Shown here in pieces: positions 27,701-35,900 of a stretch of 64,000 bases of DNA. The notes below the pieces were generated by a model. It saw nothing but the letters and a program-made list of their open reading frames with translations, did not search any database and was not told the DNA's origin. The stretch is from the NCBI RefSeq assembly GCF_002113885.1, contig NW_018480052.1:163474-227473 (forward strand), in the 5' to 3' direction. The translations under genes were made by a program, and so were the position numbers. The stretch's first letter is position 1; every line of letters begins with the position of its first letter. This DNA comes from Mizuhopecten yessoensis (Eukaryota).

Positions 27701-30700
27701 CAATCAGAAAACTAGTATCCACTGATAAACAATCAGAAAACTAGTATCCACTGATAAACAATCAGAAAACTAGTATCCACTGATAAACAATCAGAAAACT
27801 AGTATCCACTGATAAACAATCAGAAAACTAGTATCTACTGATAAACAATCAGAAAACTAGTATCCACTGATAAACAATCAGAAAACTAGTATCCACTGAT
27901 AAACAATCAGAAAACTAGTATCCACTGATAAACAATCAGAAAACTAGTATCCACTGATAAACAATCAGAAAACTAGTATCCACTGATAAACAATCAGAAA
28001 ACTAGTATCCACTGATAAACAATCAGAAAACTAGTATCCACTGATAAACAATCAGAAAACTAGTATCCACTGATAAACAATCAGAAAACTAGTATCCACT
28101 GATAAACAATCAGAAAACTAGTATCCACTGATAAACAATCAGAAAACTAGTATCCACTGATAAACAATCAGAAAACTAGTATCCACTGATAAACAATCAG
28201 AAAACTAGTATCCACTGATAAACAATCAGAAAACTAGTATCCACTGATAAACAATCAGAAAACTAGTATCCACTGATAAACAATCAGAAAACTAGTATCC
28301 ACTGATAAACAATCAGAAAACTAGTATCCACTGATAAACAATCAGAAAACTAGTATCCACTGATAAACAATCAGAAAACTAGTATCCACTGATAAACAAT
28401 CAGAAAACTAGTATCCACTGATAAACAATCAGAAAACTAGTATCCACTGATAAACAATCAGAAAACTAGTATCCACTGATAAACAATCAGAAAACTAGTA
28501 TCCACTGATAAACAATCAGAAAACTAGTATCCACTGATAAACAATCAGAAAACTAGTATCTACTGATAAACAATCAGAAAACTAGTATCTACTGATAAAC
28601 AATCATAAAACTAGTATCCACTGATAGACAATCAGAAAACTTGTATCCACTGATAAACAATCAGAAAACCAGTATCCACTGATAAACAATCAGAAAACAA
28701 GTATCAACTGATAAATAATCAGAAAACTAGTATCCACTGATAAACAATCATAAAACTAGTATCCACTGTTAAACAATCAGGAAACTAGTATCCACTGATA
28801 AACAATCAGAAAACTAGTATCCACTGATAAACAATCAGAAAACAAATATCCACTGATAGACAATCAGAAAACTAGTATCCACTGATAGACAATCAGAAAA
28901 CTAGTATCCACTGATAAACAATCAGAAAACCAGTATCCACTGATAAACAATCAGAAAACCAGTATCCACTGATAGACAATCATAAAATTAGTATCCACTG
29001 ATAAACGATCAGAAAACTAGTATCCACTGATAGACAATCAGAAAACAAGTATCCTCTGATAAACAATCATAAAATTAGTATCCACTGATAAACAATCAGA
29101 AAACTAGTATCCACTGATAAACAATCAGAAAACTAGTATCCAATGATAAACAATCAGAAAACCAGTATCCACTGATAAACAATAAGAAAACTAGTATCCA
29201 CTGATAGACAATCATAAAATTAGTATCCACTGATAAACAATCATAAAATTAGTATCCACTGATAAACAATCATAAAACTAGAACCACTGATAAACAATCA
29301 GAAAACTAGTATCCAATGATAAAAGCTAAGTTTGTTTTTAACACAAACAGGAACTGAAAACTTATTTGGCACTGGCCATTTGCAATCATCAACAGATGTT
29401 TACGAAAGTTCGCAATTTTAGTTTTCATTTCCTATTTGTGTTCAAAATAAACTTGGCCTTGTTTTTCATACCAAACTGATGAATCTTATTCTGATTAGTA
29501 TTCACTGCATAATCTGGAAACCTTTGTACAATAGAACTGTGGACATATTCATCTGCAGTACAGGAGATTTCTATCCATATTTTTGCTGGTGTAGATTTCT
29601 ATCCATATCTAATTGTGTAGACAATCCACATGAAGTGGCAATAATTGCATTGTCACGATGAAATACATCCTTGATATCCAGGGGTTTTGCTCACTTTATC
29701 GCTCTCTGCACCCTGTGTTTTTGACTTTTTGTTCATGAAATTATTCTGAAATAAGAACTGCCAATAAAATTGTTTTATGAAGCAAATTTTTGCAGGTCGA
29801 TAAAATTATTTCATAGATTATTTTAAGATTCAAGTAAGTGTTTATTTATTACATATATAAATCACCTCCACACTCCATGATGCATTCCCCATCTGTCGCT
29901 GACCAAATGTAAGCCTTGTCATCTTGACCACCAGTCACCACCATTTTTCCTTCATGTGGATCAATGCCTACACTAAACACAGCATCTGAAACAAAAACTA
30001 GTTAGAGTAAAATACAACTGTTAAATTCAAGCACATTCTTATTGACTGAATATTAAATTATGGAAATTATGGAAAATGGATGGAAATTGAATTTACCTGT
30101 GTTATTTAGGCGTTTGTTTAAAGAGTGAATATAAACTTTATTTATTTTACAATAATTATGAAACAAATCATATAAACTGATATGAATGACTCTTGTTGGC
30201 CTGGATGTAATTAGCATACAGAGGGTCTTAATGTGGGAGGAAACCAGAGTACCTGGAGAAAACCCACATGTTCATACAAGCATGCATGCAGGCAACTTTT
30301 AGTTTAAATCAATTTTATTGTAACAAAATATAAATGGATTGGACAAAAGTTATTTCAATTTTTTTCTTACATCCTTTCCGTAACAAATAAATATAAATAT
30401 ATAATTAATGGCAACTCAATATCATTTCCTGTCCGATCAAGGAATCGAACCCTGGGTGTCTTGATGAAAGGTGAGAGTGCCAACCACTGCACCACCAGAC
30501 CACCCACTGTGATTTATTATCAAATGTACATTAGGATTAGAGAAGCACATACCGGTACCTATAATTTCATGGTTTGACACTAACTTTTTGTTTCGTAATT
30601 CGATCGCTCTAGAGTAAAGGTAAAAGGCAGTGGTAATCATACGTACAACCTACCACATGTCAACCTCCTGTAGCAATAAAACCCAATACATTTTGACAAT

Positions 30701-32770
30701 CAACATAAAACATTCCTGAGAAAGCTCTTTTAATTTTGGCCCCTGAAAAAAACCCATCCTTTTGGTGCCCATCCGTAATGGTTGGAGGCCGAGAAAGTAT
30801 GGCCACTGTTTAAAAAATTTGGCTACTGAAATTCAAACATGGCTATTTTTTTGGCTACTGATTTTTTAGGTCCATGGTGAGCCCTGCCATGAATCTCAAC
30901 TTTAAGCTGAGGTGTATTAATACAAATTTGGTTTGAGTGAATTCAACTCTTATTGTTAGGCAATCCATTTTCATATTTGTATACATCTGGTTGCAGATTC
31001 TATTTACATTGTTGAGAGTTCTATTTAAATATACATATTTATATCTGGATGGAGCTATAATTGTATGGCTAAATCTTAACTTCACTGAACGTTGAGTAAT
31101 GTATCGCTCCTTACCACTTGTATATTTTGCATTATATCTTAGTCTTACCAGCTATAAAGCACCTTGTACATGTAGTTCTAACACCTGTATGTTTTGAAAT
31201 TCAACTGTAGCGGAACTGGAATCGGTCGATACTCAGAGACCAGGTAGTTCAACTAGTAGAGTGTCCGACTAGAGTTTTGAGGATCACTGGTTCAAACCTA
31301 GCTGGGTTGGTCATGCTTTTTCCTCTCCTATCACATTTGGTGCTTGTGACCAACCCTTTTTAAGTACTGGGTGAAATAATCGCTTGACAACAGGATATCT
31401 GAATATGGATTGTAAATAGTGTTATTTTCGAAGGCAAAGACTTAGAAAAAACAGGTAGGAATTTAATGAAACTGGACTGGGGCGATCGTCAGCGACGATG
31501 CATATGGTATGACAATTGGAAGAGCGTCTGTCTAGAGTTCGGAAGGTCAAGGATTCAAACCCCTGTATGGCCGTGTATTTTCCTGCTTTACCTGTATGAT
31601 TGGAGAAGACAACACTTGCATCATCTTTCACTTGACTGCCTCCCCTAGCTTCTAACTCATCCTCAAACTCGTCAGCTTCCTCCTCATTTTGGAGATCCAT
31701 CTCATTAACAGCATGAGAAACATCTGTTTAGTATAGAAAAGTGTGTTAATTTCAATTCGCTCACGGAATCAGATTGAATGCTATCTATATATAAGTCTGT
31801 GGTTCATTCAATAATTTCCCTTGTCGTCAAACATATATATACTGCTGTGGATATTCAAGTGAGCAGATGTTAACTTGATTTACATGTAAGCCTATGATAC
31901 ATCATAAATTATTTCTGAAACATCATAAATGGTATTGACATAATGCATGAGCTATAGCCTAGTACTAACGGCCTCCTCTCAATATATAAAAAAAAATCTC
32001 GTCGTCATGTAGCTACATTATCGCAGCTTCAGTCACTGAGGTCCAGTACACTTTGCCGAATGAGCTTAATTTAGCTGTAAAGACCAAAACGAGCTCTAAT
32101 GACCTATAATTATAAGCTATCTGAAATAGGTCTTTTGAACTATTTTCGTGTGATTTTCTTTTTTAAGGAAAACGAAACAAAGTCGCTTTAGAAAGAAGAT
32201 TTTATCATTATTTTGATAACAAAAGACATTAAATATAAGTATTCCTTTAAAAAAATAATGATGTATAAAAAATCGGAAATTTTACATTAAACATCTAAAT
32301 GTATGCTTTTTGAAGTCAACATTACCATAAACCTTATTGTTTTATGCGACTTTGCTTTAATTTAATGAAAATTGAAATCCGAGAAAATATAGCTCAATAC
32401 AGCTATAATTTATAGGTCTTTATAGCGGGGAATCGGCAGAGTGTACTGGACCTGATCATGAGAGCTACTCAAACTTACTGTAAAGAATTCCAATCCTTTT
32501 AATGACAGTACCGTGAATTGATAGTTTGTTGTTATAGGAAAATGATACGCAGACAAATTCACAAACACACATAACACATTTACTACAAAATCGACATCGA
32601 TATAGGCCTAGCTATAATACAGTATATCATCTCATCATGCATCTGTTTCACAATCAAGTGCAACTCTTACCTTCGTCTTCATCTTCAAGCTCGATTACTT
32701 CAACGATATCATCAGGATTGAGGGAAAACTCGTCTTCGACATTATCATGATTTGTATTTTCATCTTCCAT
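15707..32770 (-). CDS. AAMP: Angio-associated migratory cell protein (WD40 repeat), 410 aa, 11 coding exons
   Basis: join(32671-32770,31592-31723,29866-29985,23952-24091,23202-23346,22597-22680,21443-21558,20962-21035,17140-17230,16696-16850,15707-15782) = 1233 nt; all introns GT-AG and phase-consistent. Acidic N-terminus, [33 protein letters not shown], and C-terminus [11 protein letters not shown] matching the AAMP ...PDR end. Confidence 0.93.
16696..16850 (-). CDS. AAMP: AAMP coding exon 10
   Basis: [51 protein letters not shown]. Confidence 0.93.
17140..17230 (-). CDS. AAMP: AAMP coding exon 9
   Basis: [30 protein letters not shown]. Confidence 0.9.
17302..18526 (+). mobile_element. Complete non-autonomous Helentron-type element with internal tandem repeats, in AAMP intron 8
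   Basis: 5' acaagaggccc-aat-gggctt plus agctcacctg; about 7 internal ~145-bp repeats (aaacatatttgacccctgtgaccttgaa...); GACG microsatellite; terminal hairpin agctcacttgccc-ttt-gggcaggtgagct; A-run flanks. Confidence 0.85.
18885..19645 (+). mobile_element. 5'-truncated non-autonomous Helentron-type element with internal tandem repeats
   Basis: Repeats of ccaaggatgctccagaccaaa...cccctctgcccccagg; ends in ggacggacgacggacg...agctcaccagtcc-ttcg-gaataggtgagcc. Confidence 0.8.
19711..20993. repeat. Minisatellite, 44-bp unit, ~29 copies, overlapping the AAMP exon 8 3' end and donor
   Basis: Unit ctctacagagttatcaatacttactgtctacagaaaccacaggc; period 44 (19712, 19756, 19800). Confidence 0.95.
20962..21035 (-). 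CDS. AAMP: AAMP coding exon 8
   Basis: [24 protein letters not shown]; CA|gtaagt donor. Confidence 0.88.
21206..21320. repeat. Short tandem repeat, ~39-bp unit x3
   Basis: aactctaaactttcactggacagtataacaaggttttga. Confidence 0.85.
21443..21558 (-). CDS. AAMP: AAMP coding exon 7
   Basis: [39 protein letters not shown]. Confidence 0.9.
21589..21679. mobile_element. ~90-bp TTAA-flanked MITE (family copy)
   Basis: ttaa-cccgttcacccct...aggggtaaatgag-ttaa; similar copies at 22252, 23409, 51271 and 54528. Confidence 0.65.
22252..22346. mobile_element. ~90-bp TTAA-flanked MITE (family copy)
   Basis: ttaa-ctcatt...cccctgaagacacatttgaactcttccaattcaaagg...caggggtgaatgag-ttaa. Confidence 0.75.
22381..22634. 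repeat. 81-bp tandem triplication covering the AAMP exon 6 end and donor
   Basis: gacctaccagatatggtcttcatcatgtcagctgtttt at 22428, 22509 and 22590. Confidence 0.9.
22597..22680 (-). CDS. AAMP: AAMP coding exon 6
   Basis: [28 protein letters not shown]; gtaggt donor. Confidence 0.9.
23202..23346 (-). CDS. AAMP: AAMP coding exon 5
   Basis: [48 protein letters not shown]. Confidence 0.93.
23409..23498. mobile_element. ~90-bp TTAA-flanked MITE (family copy)
   Basis: ttaa-ctcattcacccct...caggggtgaatcag. Confidence 0.7.
23952..24091 (-). CDS. AAMP: AAMP coding exon 4
   Basis: [47 protein letters not shown]; gtgagt donor. Confidence 0.92.
24113..29322. repeat. Large homogeneous satellite, 29-bp unit, ~180 copies, in AAMP intron 3
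   Basis: Unit aaaactagtatccactgataaacaatcag; near-perfect core, degenerate edges. Confidence 0.98.
29866..29985 (-). CDS. AAMP: AAMP coding exon 3
   Basis: [40 protein letters not shown]. Confidence 0.92.
30190..30510 (-). mobile_element. tRNA-derived SINE with V-domain-like centre, interrupted by AT-rich sequence
   Basis: Minus strand: tggtgcagtggttgg (box A) ... ggttcgattcc (box B), and later gtgggttttctccaggtactctggtttcctcccaca, resembling the V-SINE domain. Confidence 0.6.
31206..31598 (+). mobile_element. Miniature non-autonomous LTR retroelement with tRNA-like sequence inside its LTRs (Helenus-like terminal-repeat retrotransposon in miniature)
   Basis: LTR1 31206-31335 (TGTAGCGGAACTGG...box A/box B...cctatcaCA); PBS-like tggtgcttgtgacc; ~125-bp internal region ending in purine-rich agaaaaaacaggtaggaa; degenerate LTR2 31462-~31598. 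Confidence 0.65.
31592..31723 (-). CDS. AAMP: AAMP coding exon 2
   Basis: [16 protein letters not shown]...[12 protein letters not shown]; cag acceptor, gtaaag donor. Confidence 0.88.
32039..32453. mobile_element. Non-autonomous DNA transposon (MITE) in AAMP intron 1
   Basis: TIRs aggtccagtacactttgccga / tcggcagagtgtactggacct. Confidence 0.7.
32671..32770 (-). CDS. AAMP: AAMP coding exon 1
   Basis: ATG at 32770; [33 protein letters not shown]; G|gtaag donor. Confidence 0.85.
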
Positions 32771-32963
32771 ACTGCCTGTAAACAATACAAAATTATTTAA
32801 AGAAAATAGTTCTTGAACGATGACAGCGAAACGTGGTTTCAGCTCAATGTCAATTCAACGCTCTAATAAGTCATTCTTTAAATCTAAGGGTTGATGTGAC
32901 CAAGATCTTGCATAAGAAACCGGAAACACGTTTTTGAGAGTTGCTGCAAGATTGAAAATCATC
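32771..32963. promoter_or_regulatory. Probable bidirectional promoter region between AAMP and TSFM
   Basis: Divergent start codons separated by 193 bp; ETS-like accggaaac near 32919. Confidence 0.55.
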
Positions 32964-32973
32964 ATGATACGAA
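32964..32973 (+). CDS. TSFM: TSFM coding exon 1 (M-I-R)
   Basis: atcATGATACGAA|gtaagt; phase 1 matches the exon 2 acceptor. Confidence 0.65.
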
Positions 32974-35900
32974 GTAAGTGTGTAAATGACGACTTACTCG
33001 TAGATCGATTGTACGTTTTGCATATTTCAATCCCAAGTTTTAAATTTTGCAAATGGTGCATAAATCTTACCGTAATTGAGATAAAAATGGGATGAGGGAG
33101 GGACCGGTCAACCGGTAGGCCTGTCTACCCGGTACATATATATGTGGCCGTGTACATGTGCACTGACACATAGGTGACATTTGAGTATACGACGAAGGCT
33201 GGAAAACCACAGGTGCTCGGGTTCTGGAATGACCATGTATGAGTCTAAAGAGTCTATAATTATTGATAACTAATTTGCTGATTTCCTTACCTATACCAGT
33301 ATAGAGTCCTAGACCACAGGTGCTCGGGTTCCGGAATATATGTGATATAATCGCACCCACTAGATATCGCACCCGCTTATAAATCATACTATATCACAGA
33401 TATTCCGGAACCCGAGCACCTGTGTCCTAGACTCACAGATTTTTGATGCAGGACATATTATATTAGTACATGATATCTCGCTGAAATTTTAATATTATAG
33501 GGTCCATATAGTTTTCAACAATACAATGGAAAATGAAATGTAGATTGATCACTGTATATATATATAGGTATAACTATGTGCCCGGGCAGAATTGTATTCA
33601 CTATAAAAAAAGTGTATTCAGATCTAGACCAATGGTATTAATTTTTCATGATATTTTTAACTAAGGTCCTTTAAATAATGATATGGGATTTAAATTTAGT
33701 TTTGATACCTGCCAATAAAATAGAGAGGTGTCATAAAAATTATTATGATTTTCGGTGCATTCAAATGAGTTGTTTATAATTAAGTTCTTTGTTAAGGTTG
33801 GAGCAATCTGATTAAAACCAGATCTTTGATTCCACTCCCGATACTCTACATTCAAGTCAAAGAGAGACTGGAACGTAGAGTATCGGGAGTGGAATCAAAG
33901 ATCTGGTTTTAATCAGATTGGGGTTGGAGGTAAAAGTCGGTCGGGGTATCTGAAACATACATGTTTTTTGGACTTCAGGTTTTGCCTTATATATCTCAAC
34001 ACTTAATTATGATTGGATATTTCAGACTGATGACAGTTGTACACAACTTTTATGTTTGTAGATATACTCAAACCTTGCTATAACCAGCAGTTCCTGGGCA
34101 TCATCAGGAGCTACACAACAGCAGTGGACAAAGCCAGTCTCAGCAAGCTCAGGAAGAAAACAGGGATTGCATTCATGAATTGCAGGAAAGCTTTAGAGAA
34201 GTTTGATAATGACATTGACAAGGTAATTTGTTTCAGATATGTGGTCCCTACTGGAATTCATTTTTATTTGCCAAAAGTGAAAAAAAACTGAGTGTATACT
34301 GATACTGTATGTGTAATGGATCAAACCGTTATAGTGTTTTTCCAGCCCTGAATAAGATCCTCAATAAATTGTCCAAACAGGGACTTTCAGTTTGATTTAT
34401 TTAGTGTTCTTGGCAAAAGTCTGGATTAATCATCTCAATCTTAGAATTGATATTAAGAAATGAATAGCATGAGAAAACAGGCTAGGCCAATGTCAGCCTT
34501 TTGTTCCTAGAACAATTAAGCCACCAATGAAAATCAAAACCAGGAAGTCTCCAATGTGATGAACCAATCTCTATATTCTGTCCCTACTTAACTAAAGATG
34601 CACTGTTTTTATTTTGAAAAGTCTTCATAAGTAATGGATGAGGAAGTTAAAATTATATACATAAAGATACAAAGATTTTATTCTGACAAATTCAGGATTT
34701 CACAATCCTTTGACAGTCAGCTCTGAAATAAAAATAATAAAATAAAAACATTTTAAAAGTTGCAACGTTTAGATTTCAACTTTTTTCTTTAAAACTTTAT
34801 TTCTGCACTTGATTTTGCTAGTGTTCATCTAATTTATATTCAAGTTGTTTAACTGTGCTTTAATTCACAACATTAGACGAATGATTGTTCCATATATCAA
34901 CAGTTCTCTGTGTATAACAGGAACATTTTCTTATAATTAATCTTGAATGTGATTTGTAAATTTTAAAGATGAGTCCATGTGTAGATGAACTTTCCCTGAC
35001 ATTATAAATACCCGGTATGTCGGATACTTCATGGTCATATAATTATCCCAGACAATATGTGTTTAGACATGTGTTTCAGTGGATCAATAATTGACTTTAC
35101 AAGTGTATTTGAGATCTACGTTATGTACCTGCCTTGGTAACAGTTAAAGTGACACTGCATTTTACAGGCAGAGCAGTGGTTGTTGAAAGAAGCCCAGAAG
35201 GAGGGATGGGCCAAAGCGACGAAGTTACAAGGTCGTCCAATGTCACAGGGATTAGTCGGGGTGGTGTCTGACAATCAGCGAGCAACAGTGGTTGAGGTGA
35301 GTTTACGGTTCTATAAAGTTGTCCTGTAACAGGGACACCACAATCCTGGTCGTGGCACCATTTGTAACAGGAACACCACAATCCTGGTCGTGGCACCATT
35401 TGTAACAGGAACACCAAAATCCTGGTCGTGGCACCATTTGTAACAGGAACACCAAAATCCTGGTCGTGGCACCATTTGTAACAGGAACACCACAATCCTG
35501 GTCGTGGCACCATTTGTAACAGGAACACCACAATCCTGGTCGTGGCACCATTTGTAACAGGAACCCTTGATCTCCATGTTCCTGGTCGGACGCTCTACCA
35601 CTGGGCTAAAGGGAAAACTTGCCGTAATCCTATGTACAATTAAAAATCTGCCACAACACAATGAATGTTACTAGGATTGAATAACTATATATATATAGGT
35701 ATGTAAGCTGTAGATTGTAACAGGTTTTCTGACTACCCAGCAGGTTTGAGGAAAGAATAGACCTATGTATCCTACAGCATGTTATCATTAGAGGCGACAG
35801 ATATGGCCTATTGGGACGCCCTTCAGAATCAAGAGTTTTCTACTTAGGAGAAATTTAAGAAACCAAAATGATCTGTAATTAATTGGATCTGTATTCATAG

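Noticed and set aside
24113-29322. CRISPR-like appearance of the 29-bp and other 28-44-bp arrays
   Set aside because: Units are head-to-tail with no unique spacers, there are no cas genes, and the context is spliceosomal introns.
35121-35661. Three overlapping minus-strand ORFs with repeated WCSCYKWCH motifs
   Set aside because: Translations of the 38-bp tandem repeat and of the antisense of TSFM exon 3.
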